From a virus (lineage: Duplodnaviria > Caudoviricetes), in IMG/VR virus record IMGVR_UViG_3300020195_000158, positions 1-24,971 of that record: a DNA stretch of 24,971 nucleotides, one strand, 5' to 3'. Made by a program: the position numbers and the translations under genes. Below are positions 7,711-17,630 of this stretch, piece by piece. The notes under the pieces were generated by a model. The model was not told the DNA's origin, made no database searches, and saw only the letters and a list, made by a program, of their open reading frames with translations. Position 1 is the stretch's first letter; the number at the start of each line of letters is the position of its first letter.

Positions 7711-10340
7711 TATCCGATCCTGTTCTGGCCGATTTGGCCGAGCGTCGCATCACCAATAGTGAACGTCCCGAACACCGTGCCGATATCCGCCGTGTACTCC
7801 TCAGCGGACACATCCAGGGTCACAGTCCAATCGGTGCCATCCCATGACCACGCCTCGCCCTGCACCCGCACACGGGCATCTACGAGCACACCACCATCAG
7901 GGACGGACTCCGTGTACACCGCCGACGTCTCGAGCTCCAGGTCAGCGAGGACGTACTGCGTTGCAGCGTTGTTGCCCCACGGTTCGATAACCAGGCCGCC
8001 GATCTCCAACGACGGCGCTTTGAACCGGTCAATGATCTGCTGTCCGAACACTGGCGCGTGCAGGTCAAACGAAGCGGGCGTCAAGGCTGCCGCTATCGAC
8101 TTCTCACGAGCCCCATACACCGACTCGGAGTCGACGTCGCGGCTTAGGGAACTGCGGCCTGTTACGGACACGTTCACACGATTGAGAATACGGTCCTGCC
8201 GGAACCCGGTACGGGACCGCTTCGACACCCTGACTGTCGACGTGTCGTCATCTATCAGGACGTCCGACAGCAACGCTTTCGTGTTCGAATAGTTCGCGGC
8301 GTATGCCGGGTCGGTCAACGCCTTGTAATCGCGGACCCTAAGACTGCCGCTCCGATCCACCCAGACGACACCGCCGGCAGCGGTAGCGGCTGCTTGGAAC
8401 CCGTCAGCCAAACTGCCGGGCGGATCGATGGCATCAAAAACGGCTGCCGCTGGGGCTTCTACGTCAACTAAGACCGGAGCCCCACCCGCCGCCGCCAGAT
8501 GAGCTATCCGATCCGCGAGCAGATCCCCGTACCACACCAACGCAGTATTAGAAGCGTGAGTAGTTGCGTTCCAAGATCCAGCCGTAAGGATCGGCGGGTC
8601 TGCCCAATACACGGCGTCGTCAACCGTCGGCCCCACAGTGGTCGCCGATAGCAGTTCAGAGATCGACAAGGTCTGAGCACCGGACCCAACTGGCCCCAGG
8701 CTTGTGTTCGTGTAGCCAGTGGAGATTTTGTCTGTATAGATTTTCGCGCTGACAACACCACCAGACCGGTCGAACTCTGCAATCGCGAGATGGGCGACGT
8801 CGTCGTCGTGGACCCCGTCCCCGACAAGAGTTGATGCGACCACCACATCTGCGCCCACTGAATTGACAAGAGCTGCCGAGACGGTGCCGTTAGCGTTCAC
8901 GCGAATGTACCAGCGGAACGGCTGCGAAATCAGGAGACGAGACGCGAGTAGGTCCGGGGTTTTGAACCACACCGCAGCACCGAACACGGAGTCGTCTGCG
9001 AGGTTGGCTGCCGACTCAATTTTCGCTACACCACCCGCAGCTGATATGCGAAAGGCGGAACCAGTATCGCCGGGAACCAACGCGTCGCCCTCAACGAGCT
9101 GGGTGTTCGGGGCCCCGACAAACCGGAACTGTGAAGTATCAGTTCCCTTGTTCCAGATTATGGCCCCGGCGTTCGGTTCGGCGGGGATCAGGGACGCCTC
9201 ACCCGTGACCCAAACATCAGGTGCTGATTCTGCGACAGCAATACCCCAGCGCGTATGAGGAAGATCAACCGACGACGCCCAACCCATCAGGTCAGTGCAT
9301 TCCACCTCGTACAGACGTTCCCGGGACCGGCCGTCAGTGATGGGGCGGGGACCGTCCACCATGAACCCGTAGAACACCGTGTACGCGACTCCACCCCACG
9401 TGATCCGCAGACGGACCGGTGTGTACGGCGGCGCGAGCGCCAACGTGAACAAGCTCGACGACTCCAACGGGTCGAGAAGCCCATCCGACCCGTCAAGGAT
9501 GAACGTCGCGGAACCCGCCTCGAACTTCGCTGTCTCATCCTGCCGGCCACGTTTCATCGTGAACGACCGCAGCCGGGCCGACAAGTCCACGAACGCACCA
9601 GGAAGCGCGATCGGCGAAAACCCTGGCGCGTACGACAACAAGACAGTCGGGAGTTCCCACTCGATTGCAGCCGCCGCATAATGCGCCGCGACTCTCGCCG
9701 CCGACAGGACAGTCGGATAGATCGCGACTTCGTCCACGGAACCGTTGAACAAGCTCGTGCCGTCCGGTCGCCGGCCGATGTTCACTGGCGACGTACCGTT
9801 AGCCAAAATCTGCGTGTTCGTGTTCGTGTCGACCTGAACACCATTGATGTAAAGGATCATGGCGTTCGTTGATGCGTTGACCGTTGCAACAACGTGATAC
9901 CAGGTGTTCGCTACAACTGAAGCAGGCCCCTGCAACGAGTTGCTACCCCCACCAGCAGCGTTGTAGACAAGGAAGTTGATTGCCGGTGCCCCGTTGATGA
10001 ACATGGACCACTCAAAGTTGGCGGCGGTCACCTTCGACACGATGTTCCGCACTGCGCCGGTCGCTGTAGTCCTGAACCACGCCTCAACCGAAAACAGGTT
10101 GGTGGTCGGGATAGAAAACGCAGCGGCATCTGAGATCGCCACGTACTGCGTAGTACCGTTGAACGTCGTCGCCTTGTTCGTACTGATCGCAAGAGCTCCG
10201 GGTACACCCAACGTCGGGCTCCCGGTATACGTACCGTCTCGGGCGTTGCCGGAACTGTCTGCCGCGGTTGCTCCCGTGGTTTCCTCGAGCCGCCAGTACC
10301 CGACAGGTGAATCTGCGAGAACTTCGCTCGAGTAACTCAT
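7710..10340 (-). CDS. Tail-tip/hub protein with two LamG (concanavalin A-like) domains
   Basis: Directly after tape measure; YWRLEE...FNGT...FSVEAWF...WYHVVAT...LYING...IG...FNGSVDEVAIY LamG; hub motifs KRGRQDE...G...LDGSDG and VWVDRSGSLR; second degenerate LamG in the middle. Confidence 0.8.
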   Translation of the reverse strand: MSYSSEVLADSPVGYWRLEETTGATAADSSGNARDGTYTGSPTLGVPGALAISTNKATTFNGTTQYVAISDAAAFSIPTTNLFSVEAWFRTTATGAVRNIVSKVTAANFEWSMFINGAPAINFLVYNAAGGGSNSLQGPASVVANTWYHVVATVNASTNAMILYINGVQVDTNTNTQILANGTSPVNIGRRPDGTSLFNGSVDEVAIYPTVLSAARVAAHYAAAAIEWELPTVLLSYAPGFSPIALPGAFVDLSARLRSFTMKRGRQDETAKFEAGSATFILDGSDGLLDPLESSSLFTLALAPPYTPVRLRITWGGVAYTVFYGFMVDGPRPITDGRSRERLYEVECTDLMGWASSVDLPHTRWGIAVAESAPDVWVTGEASLIPAEPNAGAIIWNKGTDTSQFRFVGAPNTQLVEGDALVPGDTGSAFRISAAGGVAKIESAANLADDSVFGAAVWFKTPDLLASRLLISQPFRWYIRVNANGTVSAALVNSVGADVVVASTLVGDGVHDDDVAHLAIAEFDRSGGVVSAKIYTDKISTGYTNTSLGPVGSGAQTLSISELLSATTVGPTVDDAVYWADPPILTAGSWNATTHASNTALVWYGDLLADRIAHLAAAGGAPVLVDVEAPAAAVFDAIDPPGSLADGFQAAATAAGGVVWVDRSGSLRVRDYKALTDPAYAANYSNTKALLSDVLIDDDTSTVRVSKRSRTGFRQDRILNRVNVSVTGRSSLSRDVDSESVYGAREKSIAAALTPASFDLHAPVFGQQIIDRFKAPSLEIGGLVIEPWGNNAATQYVLADLELETSAVYTESVPDGGVLVDARVRVQGEAWSWDGTDWTVTLDVSAEEYTADIGTVFGTFTIGDATLGQIGQNRIG

Positions 10341-12370
10341 CCCGTCGAGACCGGCAGGTACGTGCCCGGTGTCGTCCGTGCCGCTTTGATCATCCCTGAA
10401 CGGACCATCTCCACGAACCCGGCCTCGGAGATCACCTCACCCGACTGCACGATCACAGTCAGGTTCGTTGTACCACCACCACCGAGCGCGGACATCTGAT
10501 CCGGGGTGAACACCCCTTCGCCCGACTTCAACATGGCGAGCCCTTCGCCGCCCTTCGCGTCGAAGATCCCACCGGAGTGCAGGTACGGGACGTTCGGAGT
10601 GTTGATGTCCGGGGTCTTGAACGGGCCGACCCCGAACCCGGGGATCTGGAAGTCGTTGTACAGGCGGATGATTTCGTTTAGCCCATTCTTGAACGGCGCG
10701 AGGATCGCACCGGTGACACCACTCAGCGCGTCAGCGATACGGCCGGGAATGCTAGCGAACGTCGAAACGATGCCGTTCCACGCCCCCGACAGGGTCTCCT
10801 TCAACGACAACCACACTAGATCCCAGTTGGTTTTCAACCAACGCAACGCGCCGATAACCCAATCCACCGCCCCGGTAATCGCCGTAGTTATCGTCGTCGC
10901 CAACTGCAACGTGCTCACGATCGTCATCGTAAACAACGGCGTGAGCTCGGCGATGGCCTTCGCCAACAGCGGCAACACCGCCACTACAAGCGGTGTAATC
11001 GCCACAGCCATCTCCGTAAACGACTCCGCCAGCGCGGGCAACGTCGGGGCGATTGCCTCCAAGTTCTGAATGAACGACTCGCCAAGAATCTGGGCTACCT
11101 CCACCAACGCCGGAGTCAACTGCACCAACGCCGCGCCCAGCTTGTCGCCAACGGACGCAGCGACCTGCGAGATGATCGGGCCGAGAATGTTCAACGCTTC
11201 CGTCAATGGCGGCAACAGCGCGTCAATGATCGGCTTCAACACTGCCGCCAACGCGTCCAACACGGGGACCAACAACGCCGATGCCGCTTTGGCGACGACC
11301 CCCAACACCCGGGCGAGAGGCGCGAGAAGCGGCGCGAGTGTCGCGACAAGGTTCCCGAACGACGCGAGCACCGGGGCCAGCGCTCCACCGAGTGTGGAAA
11401 GCAGGTCGGCCAGGATTGGCCCAACCGTCGAAGCAAAAGTTGTGAGCACCGGAGTTAGCGCAGCGAAGATCGTCGCAAGCCCGCTACCCAACGCGACGAA
11501 CACCGGAGCCAACGCCGACACGATCGGCGACAAAGCGGCGACCAGCCCACCGACAGTCGTACCCAATGCCGGACCGATCGCCGCAAGCGCGATCTGCAAC
11601 TGCGGCACAACTTGACTTACCGCCGGCAACAACCCGAGGCCGACCGACTCCTGCAAGTTCGAGAACGCAACTTTCAGCCGGTCGATTGGGCTCGCTGCCG
11701 CCTCGGCCGCACCGCCGAACTGGGTTTGCAACTCGCCGAGAATGATTTTTTGTGCACCGAGCAGATCACCGGAATCCACCAGTGATTGGATCATGGCTTT
11801 CTGATCTTCGCTGAACTGCACACCCGCCTTCCCCAACATGGCGACACCCTTGACGGGATCGTTGAGGGCCTTACCGACGCGGATGATGTTGGGTTGCAAG
11901 TCCTCACCCAGAGCCGCGGCCATGTCTAGGGCAACGGTCGCGCCCTGATTGAAAATGTCGTTACCGGCTCCGAGCTCGTTGCGGACCTTCGTGAACGTAA
12001 GCAGCACATTCGCGCCAGACTGAATGACTTCGTCATCAATACCGGACTTCAACGACAACGCCGACGAAAGCTCCCCGATCTGACCGGCCGACACCTTCGC
12101 GACCTCACCAGTCGATTTCAACACTGCATCCGTTAGGCGGCCCACCTTGGCGGCCTCTGCCGCTTCCGTGAAGATCCCACGGACCGCCATGCCGATACCT
12201 GCTGCGGCCAGACCGCCGAGCACAGCACCGCCGAGCAGCGCCCCAGCGGACGAAAACTTGGACTTCAACGTACCCGTGAACCGGTCGGCGTCGCCTTCAA
12301 CATTCTTGAACGCACGGCGCGCCCCAGAACTGTCGCCGTTGATGTCGATGTTCAGGGTCTTAGTTGCCAT
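10337..12370 (-). CDS. Tape measure protein, 677 aa
   Basis: Ala/Gly/Leu-rich helical, periodic Pro-Leu repeats, VGKALNDPVKG...GAQKIILGEL...FGGAA motif, position after the chaperone. Confidence 0.95.
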   Translation of the reverse strand: MATKTLNIDINGDSSGARRAFKNVEGDADRFTGTLKSKFSSAGALLGGAVLGGLAAAGIGMAVRGIFTEAAEAAKVGRLTDAVLKSTGEVAKVSAGQIGELSSALSLKSGIDDEVIQSGANVLLTFTKVRNELGAGNDIFNQGATVALDMAAALGEDLQPNIIRVGKALNDPVKGVAMLGKAGVQFSEDQKAMIQSLVDSGDLLGAQKIILGELQTQFGGAAEAAASPIDRLKVAFSNLQESVGLGLLPAVSQVVPQLQIALAAIGPALGTTVGGLVAALSPIVSALAPVFVALGSGLATIFAALTPVLTTFASTVGPILADLLSTLGGALAPVLASFGNLVATLAPLLAPLARVLGVVAKAASALLVPVLDALAAVLKPIIDALLPPLTEALNILGPIISQVAASVGDKLGAALVQLTPALVEVAQILGESFIQNLEAIAPTLPALAESFTEMAVAITPLVVAVLPLLAKAIAELTPLFTMTIVSTLQLATTITTAITGAVDWVIGALRWLKTNWDLVWLSLKETLSGAWNGIVSTFASIPGRIADALSGVTGAILAPFKNGLNEIIRLYNDFQIPGFGVGPFKTPDINTPNVPYLHSGGIFDAKGGEGLAMLKSGEGVFTPDQMSALGGGGTTNLTVIVQSGEVISEAGFVEMVRSGMIKAARTTPGTYLPVSTG

Positions 12371-12376
12371 GCCGGT

Positions 12377-12879
12377 TCACCGCCCTTTAGAAGCCCGGTT
12401 GATATCTGCAAGCGCGGCGACGTACTGCTCGAGCTCAACAACGGATAGGCGGCCCACATCCCACGGATGCAAACCGAAATGATACGACAGGGCCGGCCAA
12501 CTGGAACTAAGCGCGGCCCTTACGCTTCCGGGTTTTCACCCACCCCATCGTCGATCTTCACGTCGATTTCATCACCGATGAGATCGACGGGCCAGTCCGC
12601 CGCGACCTGAGCGAGCGTCAGTCCCTTTTCGCCGTCAGCGCGCCGAGCGAGGCACCACAAGACTTGGATTGAATCCAACCCAATCGCGAGTTCACCAGCC
12701 CAGAACGCTTCTAACGGAAGCCCGCCAGTCTGTTTCCGCAACCACATCCGTTCCTCAAGGGACAGATTGTTCGGCGCGAACGAATGCGACTCATCACGTA
12801 TCGTCAACGTCATAGACGTTCGGGCCGCCGTCGCGTTCTCAGCACGTTGACCGACACCAGGGGTAGGGGCCGTTGCCAT
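12377..12879 (-). CDS. Tail assembly chaperone, long (G-T) form via -1 frameshift
   Basis: -1 frame open from 12535 to TGA at 12377: ...GSVRAALSSSWPALSYHFGLHPWDVGRLSVVELEQYVAALADINRASKGR. Confidence 0.8.
12520..12879 (-). CDS. Tail assembly chaperone, short (G) form
   Basis: Position upstream of tape measure; ends ...GENPEA. Confidence 0.8.
   Translation of the reverse strand: MATAPTPGVGQRAENATAARTSMTLTIRDESHSFAPNNLSLEERMWLRKQTGGLPLEAFWAGELAIGLDSIQVLWCLARRADGEKGLTLAQVAADWPVDLIGDEIDVKIDDGVGENPEA
12529..12535 (-). promoter_or_regulatory. Programmed -1 frameshift slippery heptamer A AAC CCG
   Basis: Exact X XXY YYZ in the reading frame, two codons before TAA; the -1 frame has a TGA immediately upstream, restricting the shift to this short window. 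Confidence 0.8.
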
Positions 12880-13359
12880 CTAGTTCGCTCCTTCGGGGAA
12901 AGCCTTACGGGACAACTTGGTGAGCATCTCGACATACCGGTCGAGTATCTCGGGCAAGTAACGCGCCAACGCAGGATTGATCGAGTACGGCCCCTCCCCG
13001 TACTGGGCGACCTCCCAACCGTTTCCGACCCACTTCGGGAACTGTGGCGTCTCCGAGTTCCGGTAACGCCGCCAGCCGTACCAACCGGAATGCCGTTTCG
13101 CACCGAAGAAAGCAGCCCGGGCACCGCCCTTGCCTCCCACCGATATGCGAATACGCCGCTCAGTACCGCGACCCTTGATCGAGTCTGCATACTTGGCTTG
13201 CTGACCGCCCGCCCCGCGCGCCTCGGACCTAGCCCTAGACGCAGCGTCGTTCGCTATCGCCCGGTGAACAGCCGCCAGTTCCTTCGGGAACGCAGCGTTA
13301 GCGGACTTGAGGGCACTCCGAAACTCTCTAAGCCCGCGGACATCGATACCGCCCGCCAC
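12880..13359 (-). CDS. HK97 gp10-like tail completion/neck protein
   Basis: IDVRGLREFRSALK N-terminus, basic composition, C-terminal INPAL motif. Confidence 0.65.
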   Translation of the reverse strand: MAGGIDVRGLREFRSALKSANAAFPKELAAVHRAIANDAASRARSEARGAGGQQAKYADSIKGRGTERRIRISVGGKGGARAAFFGAKRHSGWYGWRRYRNSETPQFPKWVGNGWEVAQYGEGPYSINPALARYLPEILDRYVEMLTKLSRKAFPEGAN

Positions 13360-13361
13360 CG

Positions 13362-14321
13362 CTACGCTGTAGCGTCGTTGTTGCGGATTTGGATTTGGAT
13401 GGCATGCGAGTCCAACGAACCAGATGCCACAGCCTTGAACGGAATCGAATGCTCAACGACACCACGGCCCGACACCTGCGGGGTGGAACCGTCATACCGG
13501 ACGTTCGCCTGGATCGTCCCGAACAGCGTCCCTGACGTGAGAGTCGCGATCAACGTCGACTCGGTACCACGCAAGAACCGGTCGTAGTTCATCGTCCCCA
13601 TCGTCGATGGGGTACCCCACTCCGCGGTGAGTTCACCTGACACGTTCACGAGATCGCCTCGCAACGGCTCACTCAGCAACGTCGACCCCAAGAACCGGCG
13701 GTCGTCGGTCAGGTTGTTTTCACCTGAGATCGTGTACGACTTCACCGGGCATGCAGTTCCATCCACAGTGATCGACGCGGAACGGAACACCCACGGACGG
13801 ATGTTCGTAGCGTACGACACGGCCGCCAACGCCGTACCCAGGAAGTTCTCTTGACCTAGGACCGTCATCCCCCACGTTGCGATAGCGCCGGCTTCCATCG
13901 CGATTTCCCACGACTGGATCTTCACACCCGTGTACGTCATCGGGATGATCGAACCGTACGTCGTCGGCCGGCCGATCTGCGTCGTGAGAGAAACCGACGG
14001 CGTCGCCGGAAAGAACGTATGGACAGCGGTACCACCACCCGCGGCGGTCGTGACGACCGTACCGAACGCGGCACGCAACAGCAGACCGAGCGACTGGTCG
14101 TACAGTTCGTGTTGGATGTCACCAGCGACAGTCTTGTTGCCCTGCGCCCACTGCTGCGACGTCAGCACATGACGACCAGCGATGATGCCCGCGGACTCCA
14201 CCGGTTCGATCTCAACCGACAGGGACTCAGACACCAACGGAATGAACCGGGTGACGACCGCACCCGTTCCGTGCGCCGACTCTGCGACGTACCCGATCTG
14301 AGCGTTGATACCTGTAGACAT
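13362..14321 (-). CDS. Major tail tube protein
   Basis: QIGYVAES.HGT, SESL, VAGDI, YTGVKI, VSGELT patterns of siphovirus tube proteins; position. Confidence 0.88.
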   Translation of the reverse strand: MSTGINAQIGYVAESAHGTGAVVTRFIPLVSESLSVEIEPVESAGIIAGRHVLTSQQWAQGNKTVAGDIQHELYDQSLGLLLRAAFGTVVTTAAGGGTAVHTFFPATPSVSLTTQIGRPTTYGSIIPMTYTGVKIQSWEIAMEAGAIATWGMTVLGQENFLGTALAAVSYATNIRPWVFRSASITVDGTACPVKSYTISGENNLTDDRRFLGSTLLSEPLRGDLVNVSGELTAEWGTPSTMGTMNYDRFLRGTESTLIATLTSGTLFGTIQANVRYDGSTPQVSGRGVVEHSIPFKAVASGSLDSHAIQIQIRNNDATA

Positions 14322-14522
14322 TTACTTCCCCTTCGCGAGTTCGAACACGTCTTGCTCCAACAGAGACGCCGCCAGGGCGGCGGGAACTTCGAACGGCACA
14401 CCACGTTCGGCACGGATGCAGCCACCACGGACACTGATATCCCGGCCCGACGACTCACCCACGTACACGACCTTCTTCGTCGTGGCACGGGTTTCGGGTA
14501 CAGCCTTCTCGAGCTCGGTCAC
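14322..14522 (-). CDS. Small virion-associated hypothetical protein, 66 aa
   Basis: GTGA overlap with upstream gene, abuts tail tube start. Confidence 0.65.
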   Translation of the reverse strand: MTELEKAVPETRATTKKVVYVGESSGRDISVRGGCIRAERGVPFEVPAALAASLLEQDVFELAKGK

Positions 14523-15007
14523 GAAGCCTCCAACATCAGACGGGCAGATACCGCGACAGTGAGTTCGAAGCGGGCGTTACGGATCTCGGAACCATCGACG
14601 CTGCCGGACTCGTACCGCCACGTATCGGGTAGCACGGTCCGCAACTGGTAATCAGCAGTATCAGTGATACCGATAGCTGGGGTGGAGGCGAGGATCCCGA
14701 TTGCTTCACCGAGCAGCGTTGCCGCCCGAGTGTCAACAGTTGCTTGTGTGGCATCAGTGTCCTGGCCGAGCGACTGGCAGACCAGCGTGAGGGTGTAGTC
14801 CTCGTCGAACCAGTGCGGCCCGCCTGTCATCACCACAACCTCGGCGGTGCCGTCCGCGCCGTCTTCCCACCAGATCGCATCACCCGTACCGTCTTCGCCA
14901 ATCATGTCTTTCGACTGCGACGGCGACGGGTAGATGACGTTCGGGAGCCGGTCCTGCAACTCTGAGATCAGTGCGGCTTTCACAAGCGACAACGTCGAAC
15001 CGAGCAT
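14519..15007 (-). CDS. Putative tail terminator
   Basis: ATG 15007 overlaps connector stop (TGATG); size, acidity and position before the tail tube. Confidence 0.6.
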   Translation of the reverse strand: MLGSTLSLVKAALISELQDRLPNVIYPSPSQSKDMIGEDGTGDAIWWEDGADGTAEVVVMTGGPHWFDEDYTLTLVCQSLGQDTDATQATVDTRAATLLGEAIGILASTPAIGITDTADYQLRTVLPDTWRYESGSVDGSEIRNARFELTVAVSARLMLEAS

Positions 15008-15612
15008 CAGAAACCCACCGAGCGCCATTCGTCGGCAAGCAGATCCTTGACTGCGTTAGGGACCGCGAACCGGGGGAAGTTCTGGCGGGGCACATCAAAC
15101 TCGTTGACGTTCTGCGCCGAGTTCTCAAACGTCCGCCACAAGTTCTTGAGCATCAACTCTGCGCCCGCCTTGAATCGGGCCTCAACTGCAGCCGTGTTCG
15201 CGTACCGGCCCGCGACGTACGTCACGTAGATGTTGTCGAGTCCGTACGGGAAGATCCGGTTGGCGTTCCCATCCCGGCGGACAATCTTCCCAGCTGTGGT
15301 GTCGACCAGGAAACCGGCCGTGGGTTGCGAGACGTTCGTTGAAGCGGTCAGGGTGCCCGCCGCGATCGAGTCGTACTCGACAACCGACACAACAGACGCC
15401 ACCGGCGACTTCTTCAAGTACAGGTGCGAGGCGCCACCCGAATGCAGTTCACCCGTGATCGTTGAGTACACGACCGGACCGACCAAGCTGTCGAGCTTGG
15501 TAGACACCGCCGTTATCCAGATCGGTAGCAGCGTCTCGTACTTCGCATCGCCGGCGCCGATACCAAGCGCGGTGCGGGCCTCAGTTGGGGTAAGAACATC
15601 GTTCGTTGCCAC
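15007..15612 (-). CDS. Head-tail connector/adaptor (HK97 gp6-like with inserted beta domain)
   Basis: LTPTEARTALGI...LLPIWITAV...PVASVVSV...IYVTYVAG...VKDLL pattern. Confidence 0.82.
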   Translation of the reverse strand: MATNDVLTPTEARTALGIGAGDAKYETLLPIWITAVSTKLDSLVGPVVYSTITGELHSGGASHLYLKKSPVASVVSVVEYDSIAAGTLTASTNVSQPTAGFLVDTTAGKIVRRDGNANRIFPYGLDNIYVTYVAGRYANTAAVEARFKAGAELMLKNLWRTFENSAQNVNEFDVPRQNFPRFAVPNAVKDLLADEWRSVGF

Positions 15613-15623
15613 TTACCCCTCCA

Positions 15624-16160
15624 TCACAGGCTGATGATCCCTAGGCCGTAACAGTTCTCGTGGTTGACCCACTCGAGCCCTTCGGCTTCACACCACTCGG
15701 TTACGGCACGCTTCACCGGGAACGGCTTCCCGATCACACCTTCGGGATACGGAAGTTCCGTGTCATGCAAAACGATTTTTCCGCCGGGGCGTACCAGCCA
15801 GCGGTACAACGTCAACTCTTGCAACGTGTGCTCGTAGGCGTGCGACGTGTCGATGAACACGATGTCGACATCGCCGGGTAGCTGCGAGTACGTCTCTTGC
15901 GTGCAGTCATCTCCCTGGACAAACGTCCAGTTTTCGTGCTGCCCGATCGGGGGTTGCACGTCGATGTCCACGGACCACAGGTGGCCGCCCGTGTCGGCCA
16001 GGCCGTACAACCATGCGATGGTGCTGACACCCGTCCGGGTGCCGAGCTCCACAACCTCCTTCGCTTGCAGGTCATCGCACATAGCAACGAACGTGTCCAA
16101 GTGCTCGTAGATGTCTGACGGAGTCGACCGGCAATGCTCGAACATCTGCTCGAGATTCAT
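15624..16160 (-). CDS. Class I SAM methyltransferase (Methyltransf_24-like), 178 aa
   Basis: VVELGTRTGVST, SVDI, VDIVFIDTSHAY, PGGKIVLHD; ATG 16160 overlaps upstream TGA. Confidence 0.88.
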   Translation of the reverse strand: MNLEQMFEHCRSTPSDIYEHLDTFVAMCDDLQAKEVVELGTRTGVSTIAWLYGLADTGGHLWSVDIDVQPPIGQHENWTFVQGDDCTQETYSQLPGDVDIVFIDTSHAYEHTLQELTLYRWLVRPGGKIVLHDTELPYPEGVIGKPFPVKRAVTEWCEAEGLEWVNHENCYGLGIISL

Positions 16161-16699
16161 TCGGGCACCTGCCAATACCAAAGGTTCGCCAAGGTAGGGA
16201 CACCCTCCGGACCGAACGTGTCGACCAACGCCTCACGAATCGGAGGGTGATGTACGTCATCACCGACGATCATCCCGCCTGGGACCATCAACGGCAACGC
16301 CGTCGCCAGCAGGTCGAACACCTCGCGGTACGAATGTTCAGCATCAATAAACAGGAACCGGATCGGGCCACGTTCCTTCGCGAAGAACTCGCGCCAATCC
16401 ATGCGTGAAATCCAAGTGTTGCAAACACCAGCACAGTTGAGGTTGTCGACAAACGTCTGCCAGACATCCCGTTCAGCGGCAAGCGTCTCCGACGGTTCCC
16501 CCGGCGACCCAGCCCAAGTGTCGACACAATCAACGATCGAAGGGTCAACAGCCTTCGCGAGTGCGATAGTCGACTTGCCTTCCCAGCACCCAACCTCGAT
16601 GACACGACCGTCCAGGCCGTTTGTCTGCGTGGCGAACGCAGCGAGGTTTTCGCATGCCGCACCAGGGAACCAATCCTCAGTGAACGTCGGTGTCGTCAT
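16157..16699 (-). CDS. Class I SAM methyltransferase (Methyltransf_24-like), 180 aa
   Basis: VIEVGCWEGKST, CVDTW, FLFIDAEHSY, PGGMIVGDD; ATG 16699 overlaps upstream TGA. Confidence 0.88.
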   Translation of the reverse strand: MTTPTFTEDWFPGAACENLAAFATQTNGLDGRVIEVGCWEGKSTIALAKAVDPSIVDCVDTWAGSPGEPSETLAAERDVWQTFVDNLNCAGVCNTWISRMDWREFFAKERGPIRFLFIDAEHSYREVFDLLATALPLMVPGGMIVGDDVHHPPIREALVDTFGPEGVPTLANLWYWQVPE

Positions 16700-17463
16700 C
16701 GCGGCCGGAACCAACTGGCCGGTGCGTGACCCTCACGAATCCACCGGGGAAACGACTCGTCAACATCCACGGGGATCAGCTGCGTCCCATGCCGGCCGTT
16801 GTCCAAATGCCGGCCCGTCTCGTAACACTCCTCGAGCCGTTCCCGCCAACCCAGGTCCGCTACCTCAGGATGACAGAACGCATCGAGTTTCTGTTCGGTT
16901 GCTTCCTTGCCGCCGAGCCAACTGAAATGCCAGCCAGCGTCAGGGAGCTCAGGGAGGAACGCATTGCGGGCATCTCGCAGATTAGAGAACGACGTAACAT
17001 CTTTGACACGTGCGGCGACGGTCCCCCACCACGGGTCGGGATGCTGCCAATCCACCGCGAACGAGTAGAGCGTCTGATTGAACCTGACGACACCACGCGG
17101 TTTCACATGCCGTGCAGCGAGCGCCGTGGGGATCTCATCTAGATCGCCGTGCAACACAACATCGTTCGGGTTGGGGTTCAGCTTCTCGAGCCCAACCCAG
17201 CACCACTCACGCTGCGCATGCTCCCGCGACCAGGCGTCGACATCGTCGGGAAGTCCGGACGCTTGTACGTACACGATCCGATCGGACCAACGAAGGAACC
17301 GTTCCCGGTGATCCGGGTACACGTACTCGCGGGGCTTGTTGCCTCCGTGAGTTACGTCCGCTTCAACGATGACGTGGTACAGCTCGGGGACACCCTCAAG
17401 CTCCGTGAGCCTGCACTCCAACAGGTCCACTTCATCTCTGAACATGAACGTATCGATGATCAC
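16696..17463 (-). CDS. GT17-like (GnT-III / beta-1,4-N-acetylglucosaminyltransferase family) glycosyltransferase
   Basis: DTFMFRDEVDLLECRL.EL, VIVEA..TH.G.KP, WSREHAQR, HGDLDEIP (DxD), AGWHFSWLG, K...F.H.E. Confidence 0.82.
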   Translation of the reverse strand: MIIDTFMFRDEVDLLECRLTELEGVPELYHVIVEADVTHGGNKPREYVYPDHRERFLRWSDRIVYVQASGLPDDVDAWSREHAQREWCWVGLEKLNPNPNDVVLHGDLDEIPTALAARHVKPRGVVRFNQTLYSFAVDWQHPDPWWGTVAARVKDVTSFSNLRDARNAFLPELPDAGWHFSWLGGKEATEQKLDAFCHPEVADLGWRERLEECYETGRHLDNGRHGTQLIPVDVDESFPRWIREGHAPASWFRPR

Positions 17464-17630
17464 GACTCGGTCGGCTTGTGCGGTCGGATGACTTGGCCGA
17501 CCAGGTAAATCGCCTGATCAGCCGTGAACCCAGCGCGCAGCCACTCCTCGTGCAGTTCGTGCAGCTGGACTGCCGCTGCACGAAGTTCTGAGATTGGGTC
17601 GACTGGGGTTGACGAATCGTCGGAACTCAT
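17460..17630 (-). CDS. Small hypothetical protein, 56 aa (not in ORF track)
   Basis: MSSDDSSTPVDPISELRAAAVQLHELHEEWLRAGFTADQAIYLVGQVIRPHKPTES; ATGA and GTGA overlaps. Confidence 0.7.
   Translation of the reverse strand: MSSDDSSTPVDPISELRAAAVQLHELHEEWLRAGFTADQAIYLVGQVIRPHKPTES

Noticed and set aside
8400-9250. Apparently lower-GC segment in the tail-tip gene (recent module swap)
   Set aside because: Only a visual impression; needs a GC3/codon-usage calculation.
15624-16699. Methyltransferases as DNA methyltransferases
   Set aside because: No DPPY/NPPY or PC motifs and too short; IDxxH...GG...DD/HD pattern fits small-molecule/sugar O-methyltransferases.
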